Source: Gammaproteobacteria bacterium (GTDB lineage Bacteria > Pseudomonadota > Gammaproteobacteria > GCA-2400775). Taken from it: a stretch of 64,000 nt of DNA. A model generated the notes under the pieces. It searched no databases. It saw only the letters and a list, made by a program, of their open reading frames with translations, and had not been told where the DNA came from. Location: positions 2,353 to 66,352 of the forward strand of contig WGFU01000031.1 in the NCBI GenBank assembly GCA_015492075.1. Reading direction: 5' to 3'. Below, in pieces: positions 33,114 to 42,807 of the stretch (positions are counted from its first letter, which is position 1; the number at the start of each line of letters is the position of its first letter). The position numbers and the translations under genes were made by a program.

Positions 33114-33908
33114 ATGGCCACAGAGAACTTCCCTCCCGAACAAGAGTCGCCCTTTTTGGAGCACTTGAAAGAAGTGCGCGATCGTCTGGTCAGAGCAGTG
33201 ATTTCGATTTTGGTGATTTTCGTTGCTTTGTTGCCTTTTGCCAACAAGCTGTACGGTATACTTTCCAAGCCATTGATCGATGCCATGCCGGAAGGCGCCA
33301 ACATGATTTCATGGGGGGTGATTGATCCCTTTTTAACCCCACTGAAAATGACCTTGGTGCTGGCGATATTTATCGGTATTCCGATCTTGCTTTATCATGC
33401 CTGGGCCTTTATTTCGCCTGGCCTGTACAAACATGAAAAGCGACTGGCTTTTCCTCTTGTATTATCAAGCACCCTACTATTTTATCTCGGTATGGCGTTT
33501 GCCTACTTTGTTGTGTTCCCGATAATTTTCGGTTTTTTGCAAAACACAGCACCGGAAGGTGTTGCTGTGATGCCGGATATTAATTCCTATCTGAATTTTG
33601 TTATCAAGATTTTCTTCGCTTTCGGGATTGCTTTTGAGGTGCCGATTGCGACCATATTGGTGATAAAAACGGGTATGACTACGGCAGACAGCTTGCGCGA
33701 AAAGCGTCCTTATGTCTTCGTGGGTGCCTTTGTTATCGGTATGTTGCTGACACCGCCGGACATTCTTTCCCAAACCTTACTGGCCATTCCTATGTGGTTG
33801 TTGTTTGAGGCGGGCCTGCTTTTCTCCAAGTATTTCTCTGCGCAGAAGCCTGAAGAAGAGTTGTCCGAAGAAGAAACCGCCAAGCATGGTGGTGGTGACA
33901 CCCAATAA
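33114..33908 (+). CDS. tatC: twin-arginine translocase subunit TatC
   Basis: 264-aa six-TM protein starting FLEHLKEVRDRL. Confidence 0.95.
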   Translation: MATENFPPEQESPFLEHLKEVRDRLVRAVISILVIFVALLPFANKLYGILSKPLIDAMPEGANMISWGVIDPFLTPLKMTLVLAIFIGIPILLYHAWAFISPGLYKHEKRLAFPLVLSSTLLFYLGMAFAYFVVFPIIFGFLQNTAPEGVAVMPDINSYLNFVIKIFFAFGIAFEVPIATILVIKTGMTTADSLREKRPYVFVGAFVIGMLLTPPDILSQTLLAIPMWLLFEAGLLFSKYFSAQKPEEELSEEETAKHGGGDTQ

Positions 33909-33917
33909 GACGGGTTT

Positions 33918-35081
33918 TTAGCTGCGCTGAGGGCGCTGACCAATAACTGCCTCGAGCTGTATGGCCTGGCGATTGCGGATCAACTCGATTGTCAGCGTCT
34001 CGCCCGGTGGTGTCTTAGCGATTTGGTTCATCATTTCGCGGCTATTGGCGAAGTTTAAACCGTCGATACCAACGATAATATCGCCGGCATGAATCCCGGC
34101 CAGGTGGGCCGGGCTGTTTTTCAAGACACCGGCAACGAGTACGCCGTTGGGTCTGCCAAGCCGAAATGATTCAGCCAAGCGCGGCGTAATATCCTGTACT
34201 TCTATACCCAGCCAACCACGTATGGCATGGCCTTTGGCAATCAAGTCTTCCAATATTTCTGTTGCGACACTGGTCGGAATGGCGAAACCGATTCCTTGCG
34301 AGCCGCCACTTCTGGAAAATATTGCTGTATTGACACCAACAAGCTGACCAAAGGCGTTAATCAGCGCACCCCCGGAGTTGCCCGGGTTGATGGCTGCGTC
34401 AGTCTGGATAAAATTCTCAAAAGTAGTGATATTGAGGCCACTGCGCCCTGTGGCGCTGACAATGCCCATGGTGACGGTTTGGCCAACGCCAAACGGGTTA
34501 CCAATAGCCAGGACGACATCACCCACTGCCAGCGTATCTGATTGACCGACAGTGATAACCGGCAGATCGTCGATATGGATCTTGAGCGCGGCAAGATCGG
34601 TGTCGGGATCAGCACCGACTACCGTGGCCTTGGAGATACGGCCGTCAGCCAGTGCGACAACGATTTCGTCAGCACCTTCTATGACATGGTTATTGGTCAG
34701 TACATAGCCTTCAGCACTGACGATGACACCTGAACCCAGACTGTTTTCCGCGCGTTGGCGTGGTGGAGTACTAAAGCCTCCGCCGAAGAAGCGGCGGAAG
34801 AAGGGATCATCCAACATCGGATTGCGGCGTTCACGTATGATCTTGGTGGTGTGGATGTTGACCACGGCTGGTGCCGCCATACTGACTGCTTTGGCATAGG
34901 ATACCGGGCCGCCGATAGGGCCATTGCGTTGTTCAAACTCAGCAATAGTCGGCCTAGTTTCTTGTGTTAGCGTAATGGTTTTATGCTCGAACACCTGGGG
35001 CTGAAACAGCAACAAATAGACAAACGCGATGATCAGGCCGACAAACGTGCCTTGGACGAGATAGAGTAAAAATTTACGCAT
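33918..35081 (-). CDS. DegS/AlgW-like periplasmic serine endoprotease (single PDZ)
   Basis: N-terminal TM anchor, trypsin-like triad context (TNNHV, GNSGGAL) and one C-terminal PDZ domain. Confidence 0.85.
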   Translation of the reverse strand: MRKFLLYLVQGTFVGLIIAFVYLLLFQPQVFEHKTITLTQETRPTIAEFEQRNGPIGGPVSYAKAVSMAAPAVVNIHTTKIIRERRNPMLDDPFFRRFFGGGFSTPPRQRAENSLGSGVIVSAEGYVLTNNHVIEGADEIVVALADGRISKATVVGADPDTDLAALKIHIDDLPVITVGQSDTLAVGDVVLAIGNPFGVGQTVTMGIVSATGRSGLNITTFENFIQTDAAINPGNSGGALINAFGQLVGVNTAIFSRSGGSQGIGFAIPTSVATEILEDLIAKGHAIRGWLGIEVQDITPRLAESFRLGRPNGVLVAGVLKNSPAHLAGIHAGDIIVGIDGLNFANSREMMNQIAKTPPGETLTIELIRNRQAIQLEAVIGQRPQRS

Positions 35082-35146
35082 GGGTCCACTCGGTTCGATA
35101 ACAGTGAGAGAATGTGCAGATGGTATAACAAGTAAGGGATGGGTGC

Positions 35147-35905
35147 ATGGTAGAACGAGATCAATTGGCGAGATATTGTGCTGAATTATTGAGTATTTCA
35201 GCGCAACGCGATTATTGCCCTAATGGCTTGCAAGTAGCGGGCAAGCAAGTAATAACAAAAATTGTCACCGGTGTTACGGCATGCCAGGACTTGATTGATG
35301 CTGCAATGGCGGCCGGTGCCGACGCCTTGCTCGTTCATCATGGCTATTTCTGGAAAGGAGAAGATCCTTGTATTGTCGGCCAAAAGTACCGGCGTATTGC
35401 TGCCTTGATGAAGGCGGGAATTGGTCTCTACGCCTATCACCTGCCATTGGATGTACACCCAGAACTGGGTAATAACGCCCAACTCGCACAGCGACTGGGC
35501 CTCGATTATGGCGTCGCGATTGGGCCAGCCGACAATCTGGAGCTTGTTCGCCAGACACAATTGCCTGATACGGTCAGCATCGGCGACCTTGCGCGCCAGG
35601 TTGGCGACACATTGCGCCGCCAACCCTTGCTGATTGAGGGCCATGATAGGCCCGTGGCAAGCGTAGCCTGGTGTAGCGGTGGCGCCCAAGACTATATTGA
35701 ACTGGCCGCAGCTGCGGGTGCCGACGTGTATATCAGCGGTGAGGTGTCAGAACGTACTTTTCATGCCGCCAAAGAGTTGGGGATTCACTATCTGGCGGCT
35801 GGCCATCATGCCACTGAGCGCTATGGCATTCAAGCTTTGGGGCGGCATCTGGCGAAGCAGTTTGGTCTCGATCACGAATTTATTGAGATCGAAAACCCTG
35901 TGTGA
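35147..35905 (+). CDS. Nif3-family dinuclear metal centre protein (YbgI-like)
   Basis: 252 aa with NGLQV, LLVHHGYFW and AAGHHATERYG motifs of the NIF3/YbgI family. Confidence 0.85.
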   Translation: MVERDQLARYCAELLSISAQRDYCPNGLQVAGKQVITKIVTGVTACQDLIDAAMAAGADALLVHHGYFWKGEDPCIVGQKYRRIAALMKAGIGLYAYHLPLDVHPELGNNAQLAQRLGLDYGVAIGPADNLELVRQTQLPDTVSIGDLARQVGDTLRRQPLLIEGHDRPVASVAWCSGGAQDYIELAAAAGADVYISGEVSERTFHAAKELGIHYLAAGHHATERYGIQALGRHLAKQFGLDHEFIEIENPV

Positions 35906-36060
35906 CAGAGCGACCTTTTTTGGTGCGTGCTTTCCGCAATCGGGTGATTTTGTTTGTGAAACAATACCTTCCGGAGCCCCGTAAAAATTCCCCTGATATT
36001 TTTAAGGAATTTACTTGGTGCAGGACGACAAAAACAAGCCTTATTCATGCAGAGTTAAGA

Positions 36061-36096
36061 TTGACAGCCGCCGCCGAACTAGTCTAGGATGCCGCC
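36061..36096 (+). promoter_or_regulatory. candidate sigma70-type promoter inside the long actA upstream region
   Basis: TTGACA-N18-TAGGAT. This is a motif match only. It lies about 310 nt upstream of the actA ATG. Confidence 0.25.
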
Positions 36097-36404
36097 CTCT
36101 AATCACCGCTGCGAAGGCGACGTGCCCTTGGGGTGCAACGTGGCCTAGCTTCGGAATTCAGTGAAAGCGCATACCGGAAGATACCGGTGCGGGGGCAAGC
36201 TTTATTTGGTTTAAGCTAAAAGTGTTGTTACCAAAGTAACGATCGCTGTGAGTGGTTGGCTCAATGAACAGCGGCACTAGGTAATATTATTTTTCGGGTG
36301 ATTTACTACTCGGCATGGCTTTGTTTTCTTCCTCGTTAGTCTGCATTTTCTGAATCTATTGAGATGATACTCGCATCACCTGCGTGAGAATTTGAGGTAA
36401 CGTT

Positions 36405-37016
36405 ATGACGTATGGTTTGATTCCTGAGAAGGCGTCACAGTGCAATAGCAATAATGTGTCGCGTTTCGGCATGGTGTTCAGTCTGTTGCTGCTGTTTTTT
36501 GCTGGCAGTGCTTATGCGCAAGTGCCGAATGCTGTAGCGCCTAAGGGCGACCATGACGGTAAGCACGTCGAGCAACCTATCGAGTTCCCCCATGATATTC
36601 ATGCGCGGGACAACAAAATTAACTGCATGTACTGCCATACCTATGCCCGTCGCGGCAATGTTGCCGGTATACCGCCAACCAGTAAGTGCATGGGTTGTCA
36701 CGCTGTTATTGCAACCGAGAAGCCCCGCATCAAGCAGCTGACAGAATACTGGCAAAAAGGTGAATCTCCGAAGTGGAAGAAAGTACATGACTTGCCAGAC
36801 TTTGTGCACTTCAATCATGAAAAACATTTGAACCGCTTTATCTTCAATAATGAGGGTATGGAGGTTGAGCGTGCTGACGAAGTGTGCGCATTTTGTCACG
36901 GTGAGATCAAAGAGATGACCGTTGCACGTAAGGTGAAGCCATTAAATATGGGCTTTTGTCGCCAGTGTCATGAAGACAACAACGGCCCGTCCGATTGTTG
37001 GAAGTGTCATAAATAA
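36405..37016 (+). CDS. actA: Alternative Complex III subunit ActA (pentahaem cytochrome c)
   Basis: N-terminal hydrophobic anchor and five CxxCH motifs (CMYCH, CMGCH, CAFCH, CRQCH, CWKCH). First gene of the act cluster. GAGG lies 8 nt upstream of the ATG. Confidence 0.85.
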   Translation: MTYGLIPEKASQCNSNNVSRFGMVFSLLLLFFAGSAYAQVPNAVAPKGDHDGKHVEQPIEFPHDIHARDNKINCMYCHTYARRGNVAGIPPTSKCMGCHAVIATEKPRIKQLTEYWQKGESPKWKKVHDLPDFVHFNHEKHLNRFIFNNEGMEVERADEVCAFCHGEIKEMTVARKVKPLNMGFCRQCHEDNNGPSDCWKCHK

Positions 37017-37054
37017 GCGCGGCGTCTGACGCAAGTGTAGAGGACGATTTCCAA

Positions 37055-39331
37055 ATGAGCACATATAAAGTCAAACGTAGAGACTTTTTGAAGATTACCG
37101 GGTTAAGCGGTGCCTCAGCTGCACTGGCTGCCTGTGATATGCCTACTACCATTACACTGGAGGAGGGCGAGGAAGACGTTGTTTCCTACTTGATGCCGGA
37201 AGAGTACGTTATTCCGGGTATCGGTGTCTGGTACGCTTCGACCTGCCGCCAGTGCGATGCCGCCTGCGGTATTATCGGCCGCGTTCGTGAAGGCCGTGTA
37301 CTGAAGCTGGAAGGCAATCCGCAATCGCCGATTAATCAGGGTGCACTGTGCCAAATCGGCCAGGCTGCGCTGCAAGTGCATTACAATCCGGACCGCCTCA
37401 AACAACCTAAAATTCGCCAGGGCGGCAGGCTCATTGACGCCAGTTGGGACGAAGCCTTTGACGTACTTAAGTCGCATATTGGTCCGGATTCGGGGATTGA
37501 TGGTTCGCGCATCGCCTGGCTGAGCGGAACCGTCAGTGGTCATCAGCGCGTCTTAATGGATGCAGTGTCCGAAGCGCTTGGCGGTGCCGGCCATTATGCC
37601 CATGAAATTCTTAATGATACTGTTGTTGATAAGGTCAATGCCGAAGTTTACGGTAGCACTAATATCCAGTACAAGATTGCCGAGGCGCAGGTGGTGCTTT
37701 CTATTGGTGCAGACTTCTTAAGTACATGGGGCTCACCGGTTCATAATTCCGTGCAATACGGCAAGTTCCGCGACGCACCACGTGGTGTGTTGATTCAAGC
37801 CGAGCCCAGAATGACAGTAACCGGTGGCAGTGCTGATTTGTGGCTGCCGGTACGTCCAGGTGCGGAAGGGGCATTGGCGATGACGATTGCCGCCGAATTG
37901 GTGGCAAGCCATGGTGCCGATGCCAAGACACTGCCGCAGGCGGTTGCCGATCAGCTTGGTCAATATGATTTGGCCAGCGCAGAAGAACAAACGGGTGTGG
38001 CGGCAGACTTGATTGAAAAGGCGGCAGATTTTCTTGCCACACGTGGTCCAAGTTTGGTCATTGCCGGTGGCACTGCCGCTGCCCATGAACATGGTTATGA
38101 AGCGGTTACCGCTGCGGCGATGTTGAATGTGTTGCTGGGCAATGTTGGCAAGACAATCATACCGGTGGCTGATTTCCCCTATTCAGCTTTGGCACCGAAA
38201 AAAGGTGATACGGCGCAATTGGCCGCTTTCGCGAAAAAAGCGCGTGCGGGGGATATTAGCGTTGCTCTGATTACCGGTACCAATCCTGTTTATACCGCAC
38301 CCGAACAGCTGGATATGGTAGGCGCGCTTAATGCTGTCAAAGTCAAGATCGCTTTTGCAGAATTTATTGATGAAACAAGCGCGATGGCCGATGTTATTTT
38401 GCCTTTATGCTCCGATTTGGAGTCATGGGGAACCCATGTTGCCAGCTATCAGACAACTGATGCGATCATCAGTTTGCAACAGCCATTGATGGAGCCACTG
38501 TATGCGCAGACACGCAGTTTGGGCGATGTGTTGCTGGCGATTATGAAACTGCACAACGCCGAGCAATATGGCCCATTCGCCGATTACTACGGTTATCTGC
38601 GTAATGTCATTGCCGCCGTGCCTGCTGTGGCTAAAGAAGGGCTTGGCGATGAAGCGTATTGGCAGGCTGGCTTGCAAAAAGGCATGTTAACAGTGGCGGC
38701 GTCGGCGATAGTCTCAGCTCCGCTTGTCGAAGCGGCTGATGATGCGGCTGGCAATGAAGAAGCAAAAGAGATGGTTGATAATGTCGCGTCAGAAGATAGC
38801 TTCACTTTTGCTTTGCCCGTGTACGAGAAAGATAAAGATTTCCCACTGCGCCTGGTTCCATCAGCCAGCAGTCGTCTTGGCGACGGCCGCTTTGCTAATC
38901 TGCCCTGGTTGCAGGAAGCTCCCGATGCGATTACCAAGATCGTATGGAACTCTTGGGTCGAAATGCACCCGGCGACTGCGCTGCATTATGGTATCAAGCA
39001 GGGAGACATTGTGCGTGTAAGTGGCGAAGATGGCAGCGTTGAGGCGCAGGTCTATCTGCACAAAGGGATTAATAAGGATGCCATCGCTGTGCCCATGGGG
39101 CAGGGGCACACTGAGTATGGTCGCTATGCTAGCGGGCGTGGTGTGAATCCGCTAAAAATGGTTGCAGTAGAGACTGATAGTCATAGCGGTGAAATAGCCT
39201 TGTGTGCGACTCGTGTTACGGTTGAAAACACGGGACGTAATGAAGAACTGGTCAAAATGGGTGGCAGCGAATCCCAGGTTGGCCGCAAATTGGTCGGCAC
39301 GATTACTGCCGATCAGTTACGGCGCGTATAA
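37055..39331 (+). CDS. actB1: ACIII subunit ActB1 (molybdopterin-oxidoreductase-like, Tat signal)
   Basis: Twin-arginine motif KRRDFLK followed by LAAC. MopB-type N-terminal cluster motif CRQCDAAC-x27-C. 758 aa. Confidence 0.85.
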   Translation: MSTYKVKRRDFLKITGLSGASAALAACDMPTTITLEEGEEDVVSYLMPEEYVIPGIGVWYASTCRQCDAACGIIGRVREGRVLKLEGNPQSPINQGALCQIGQAALQVHYNPDRLKQPKIRQGGRLIDASWDEAFDVLKSHIGPDSGIDGSRIAWLSGTVSGHQRVLMDAVSEALGGAGHYAHEILNDTVVDKVNAEVYGSTNIQYKIAEAQVVLSIGADFLSTWGSPVHNSVQYGKFRDAPRGVLIQAEPRMTVTGGSADLWLPVRPGAEGALAMTIAAELVASHGADAKTLPQAVADQLGQYDLASAEEQTGVAADLIEKAADFLATRGPSLVIAGGTAAAHEHGYEAVTAAAMLNVLLGNVGKTIIPVADFPYSALAPKKGDTAQLAAFAKKARAGDISVALITGTNPVYTAPEQLDMVGALNAVKVKIAFAEFIDETSAMADVILPLCSDLESWGTHVASYQTTDAIISLQQPLMEPLYAQTRSLGDVLLAIMKLHNAEQYGPFADYYGYLRNVIAAVPAVAKEGLGDEAYWQAGLQKGMLTVAASAIVSAPLVEAADDAAGNEEAKEMVDNVASEDSFTFALPVYEKDKDFPLRLVPSASSRLGDGRFANLPWLQEAPDAITKIVWNSWVEMHPATALHYGIKQGDIVRVSGEDGSVEAQVYLHKGINKDAIAVPMGQGHTEYGRYASGRGVNPLKMVAVETDSHSGEIALCATRVTVENTGRNEELVKMGGSESQVGRKLVGTITADQLRRV

Positions 39332-39346
39332 AAGGGGTTTCTACTT

Positions 39347-40195
39347 ATGTCGTTAGAAAATATCCTGAAGGATTGGTCAAAATATCGGCGCGGACACGAA
39401 GAGGGTGGCCATCACGATTATGAGCATATGTGGGGTATGGCCATTGATCTTGATAAGTGTACCGGTTGCAATGCTTGTTCCGTTGCTTGTTATGCTGAAA
39501 ACAATCTCGCTGTTGTTGGCGAAGAGAAATTCTCAAAAGGGCAGGCTATGCACTGGTTGCGTATCGAACGCTACTGGGATGAGCCTGACTTGGGCGAGAA
39601 TCGTGTTAATGAATATCAGATACACGGCGCCAGCTTTTTGCCGATGAATTGTCAGCAGTGTAATGCTGCGACTTGTGAGCCAGTGTGCCCTGTAGCGGCA
39701 ACCTATCACACGCCTGATGGTTTGAATGCCCAAGTTTACAACCGTTGTATTGGTTCGCGTTATTGTTCAAATAACTGTCCCTACCGTTTGCGTTATTTCA
39801 ACTTCTTCTCTTACTACGAAGATTCATGGCCAGAGCCACTGCAGATGCAGCTTAACCCCGATATCTCAGTGCGTGATAAGGGTGTGATGGAAAAATGTAC
39901 ATTCTGTGTGCAGCGTATTCGTAAGGCCAAGGACGATGCGGCACGCGAGCAACGTGATGTGTTAGACGGTGATATTAAAACCGCATGCCAGCAAAGTTGT
40001 GCTACACAGGCAATCGTCTTTGGTGATTTGTTGGATGAGGACAGCGTAGTTTCAAAAGTCTGGAAAAAACACGAAGTTGCACTAGGTAAAGCGAGCCAAA
40101 ATAAGGCTAACCCCGACAAGCGTGGTTATCGCGTCTTAGAAGGGCTAAATACCGACCCATGCATCATGTTCTTAGAGCGTGTTCGTGAAGTGTAA
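39347..40195 (+). CDS. actB2: ACIII subunit ActB2 (4Fe-4S ferredoxin-type subunit)
   Basis: Multiple Cys clusters (CTGCNACSVAC, CQQCNAATCEPVCP, CIGSRYCSNNCP, CTFCVQR), as in CISM-family FeS subunits. Confidence 0.85.
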   Translation: MSLENILKDWSKYRRGHEEGGHHDYEHMWGMAIDLDKCTGCNACSVACYAENNLAVVGEEKFSKGQAMHWLRIERYWDEPDLGENRVNEYQIHGASFLPMNCQQCNAATCEPVCPVAATYHTPDGLNAQVYNRCIGSRYCSNNCPYRLRYFNFFSYYEDSWPEPLQMQLNPDISVRDKGVMEKCTFCVQRIRKAKDDAAREQRDVLDGDIKTACQQSCATQAIVFGDLLDEDSVVSKVWKKHEVALGKASQNKANPDKRGYRVLEGLNTDPCIMFLERVREV

Positions 40196-40251
40196 CGGGG
40201 CTGGTATTTAAAACCGGGTAATAGAGCAACTCAAGATTAGCGAGTAACCGA

Positions 40252-41664
40252 ATGCAAACGAAAGATATCAACGAAAATCTACCGTGGGCCCAAATCAATA
40301 AGGACGTGATGCGGAGCATGATGAATCCGCGCATGGCTTACTGGGTTGCGATTATCGTCTGTATTGCCATGATCTCTTGTGCGGTAGCTGCAGAAATTTA
40401 TCAATACAATGTCGGTATGGGGACAGCTAACCTCAATTGGCCGCATATGTGGGATCTGTACATTGCCACCTTCATTTTCTGGATTGGCATGAGTCACTCC
40501 GGAACCTTGCTGTCGGCGATTTTGCATATTATTCATGCGGATTGGCGCAAACCGATTTACCGCTTCGCTGAGGCCATGACCACCTTTTCTTTGATGACAG
40601 CTGGCTTGTTCCCGGTTATTCACTTAGGTCGCATGTGGAATATGTACTGGGTATTACCTTACTACAGCGACCGTGGTATCTGGCCTAACTTTCGCTCTCC
40701 CTTGGTGTGGGACGCGTTTGCCATCACGACGTATTTGACCTCTTCTGCCTTATTCCTGTTTATCGGGATGATCCCTGACCTGGCGGTTTGTCGTGACAAC
40801 ACCACTGGCTGGCGTCGCAAGTTGTATACCATACTGTCATTAGGCTGGCGTGGTGATGACCGCCAGTGGCGTAACTTCCGCCGCACCTATTTGTTGATGG
40901 CGTGTTTCTTGATTCCACTCGCGGTGTCAGTGCATTCTATTGTGTCCTCTGACTTTGCGGTGTCGATCATGCCTGGCTGGCACGTCACCACCTTTCCTCC
41001 CTACTTTGTAGCAGGTGCTTTGTATTCAGGTTGTGCGGCGATTATCACCTTGTTTATTTGTCTGCGTTATTTCTTCCGTTTGGAAGACTATATGACTATT
41101 CCGATTCTGGTTAAGACGGCCAAGCTGACCTTTGCTATCGCCATGGTGTGGACTTACTTGAACCTGATCGAATTTGCTTCTATCTGGTACGGTCATAACG
41201 CAGTCGATAAAGAACTTCTTATTGCCAAGTTTACCGGGCCTTATTCGCCTTATTTCTGGCTGATGTTGTTCATTGGTTCTGTGGTGCCGTTCACGCTTGC
41301 GTTTGAAAAGTTGCGCACGCATTTGCCAACCATGTTAGTGGTTTCTCTTGTGCTTAACCTTGGTATGTGGTTGGAGCGCTGGATGATTGTTACCCCTACA
41401 TTGTCTCTGGGTTACCATCCCTTTGCCTTTGATGTTATGTGGCCGAGCATGGTTCAGTGGGCCATTGTCTTTGGTAGTTTTGGCTGGTTTGGCTTGCTGT
41501 TTCTGATTTTCGTCAAAGTGTTTCCTTGTGTCTCAATGTACGAGGTTAAGGAAATGTGTTATCACCGTAAGCGTGCAACCTTGGGTATTGGCCATGGTGA
41601 ACATGCGGGTGGTGGAGCAGCTGGCGCAGTGCCGGCGTCCAAGTCTGATTTAGAAAGGAGCTGA
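40252..41664 (+). CDS. actC: ACIII subunit ActC (NrfD/PsrC-like quinol-interacting membrane subunit)
   Basis: 470-aa polytopic membrane protein of NrfD type, immediately after the FeS subunit. Confidence 0.85.
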   Translation: MQTKDINENLPWAQINKDVMRSMMNPRMAYWVAIIVCIAMISCAVAAEIYQYNVGMGTANLNWPHMWDLYIATFIFWIGMSHSGTLLSAILHIIHADWRKPIYRFAEAMTTFSLMTAGLFPVIHLGRMWNMYWVLPYYSDRGIWPNFRSPLVWDAFAITTYLTSSALFLFIGMIPDLAVCRDNTTGWRRKLYTILSLGWRGDDRQWRNFRRTYLLMACFLIPLAVSVHSIVSSDFAVSIMPGWHVTTFPPYFVAGALYSGCAAIITLFICLRYFFRLEDYMTIPILVKTAKLTFAIAMVWTYLNLIEFASIWYGHNAVDKELLIAKFTGPYSPYFWLMLFIGSVVPFTLAFEKLRTHLPTMLVVSLVLNLGMWLERWMIVTPTLSLGYHPFAFDVMWPSMVQWAIVFGSFGWFGLLFLIFVKVFPCVSMYEVKEMCYHRKRATLGIGHGEHAGGGAAGAVPASKSDLERS

Positions 41665-41666
41665 GC

Positions 41667-42191
41667 ATGAGTAAGCGACGTGTACTTGGCCTATTTGATG
41701 GTTTCGATGCTGCCTTTGCAGCCATCAACGACATCAAGGCGGGCAATGTGTCGGGTGTTGCGTTGGACGATGTCGAGGTGTTGTCGCCGATAGAGCATCC
41801 AGACATCGACGAGGTGTTGGAGCATCGTAAATCGCATGTGCCTAAATTCACCTTATTGGGCGCTTTGTTCGGGATGACGTTCGGCTTCTTGTTCTTGGCC
41901 TCAGCGCAGGCAAACTTTTTGGTGCAGCCGCAAGGTGGTAAGCCTGTGATCCCGCTGCCTTCCAATATCGTTTTGACTTATGAGATGCTTATTTTGTTTG
42001 GTGTGATTTTTACGCTTATCGCATTTCTGACAACGGCACGCCTGCTGCGTAAACGTAACCCACTTTACAGTGAGCGGATTACAATCGACCAGGTTGGTGT
42101 TGAAATAACGCTTGATGAGTCAAACTTGGCAGGATTGAAAGAGAATTTCGCCAAGCATGGTGTACTTGAAGTGCGTGAGGGGACCTTGTAA
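41667..42191 (+). CDS. actD: ACIII subunit ActD (DUF3341-like)
   Basis: 174 aa with a soluble N-terminus plus two TM helices. Its position and size match ActD. Confidence 0.75.
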   Translation: MSKRRVLGLFDGFDAAFAAINDIKAGNVSGVALDDVEVLSPIEHPDIDEVLEHRKSHVPKFTLLGALFGMTFGFLFLASAQANFLVQPQGGKPVIPLPSNIVLTYEMLILFGVIFTLIAFLTTARLLRKRNPLYSERITIDQVGVEITLDESNLAGLKENFAKHGVLEVREGTL

Positions 42192-42791
42192 ATGAAGCGT
42201 TTAGCGATATTGCTGTTGCTGACTGCGCCGATGGTGGTTTTCGCCTGGCCGTGGTCACAAGACATGATGAATCAGCCTAGTATCAAGCCGCAGGAAGGAA
42301 CACAGACTCCGTTTCCCAAGCGTTCGGTGCCTTATTCAATTCCTTATGGCGGTGAATTGACACAGGTTGCCAATCGTGAAGAAGCTAAAGAACTGGAGAA
42401 TCCGATCCCCGTTAACGATAAGTCCCTGAAAAAGGGTAAGCAGCTATTTAAAATTTACTGTGGTGCTTGTCATGGCTTGTTGGGCAAGGCTGATAAATCT
42501 TCGCCCATTGCGGAAAAGATTGGCGCGATACCGCTGATCGGAGATTATGTGCAAAAGGACCTGACGGAAGGTTGGATCTGGGGCACGATCACCTATGGTA
42601 GCTATGTAATGCCTGCTTACGGTGACCCAACAGGCAACGCCGACGGCAAGGGTTCCAACGATCTTTCTGTTGACGAGCGCTGGCATGTAGTGAATTATCT
42701 TCGTAACCAGTTAGTTGCCGACGCCAATGGCGGTGCGGCAGTCACAGCAACTGCGCAGGCATCGACTGATGCTGCTTCAGCAGTCAATTAA
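42192..42791 (+). CDS. actE: ACIII subunit ActE (monohaem cytochrome c)
   Basis: Signal peptide and a single CGACH haem motif. 199 aa. Confidence 0.8.
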   Translation: MKRLAILLLLTAPMVVFAWPWSQDMMNQPSIKPQEGTQTPFPKRSVPYSIPYGGELTQVANREEAKELENPIPVNDKSLKKGKQLFKIYCGACHGLLGKADKSSPIAEKIGAIPLIGDYVQKDLTEGWIWGTITYGSYVMPAYGDPTGNADGKGSNDLSVDERWHVVNYLRNQLVADANGGAAVTATAQASTDAASAVN

Positions 42792-42807
42792 TGAGTTAGG
42801 TGATCTG

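Noticed and set aside
35902-36087. 61-aa basic ORF starting inside the nif3-like stop region
   Set aside because: It has a GTG start with no RBS and no recognisable family. It overlaps the promoter-like element, so I treated it as non-coding leader.
36090-36215. Possible riboswitch or known sRNA (c-di-GMP-I, cobalamin, Moco, 6S, SRP RNA considered) upstream of actA
   Set aside because: None of the signature motifs I can recall is present (B12 box, the GEMM ACGCAAAGC core, the SRP GGAA/AGCA loop). It is left as an unclassified region in the findings.
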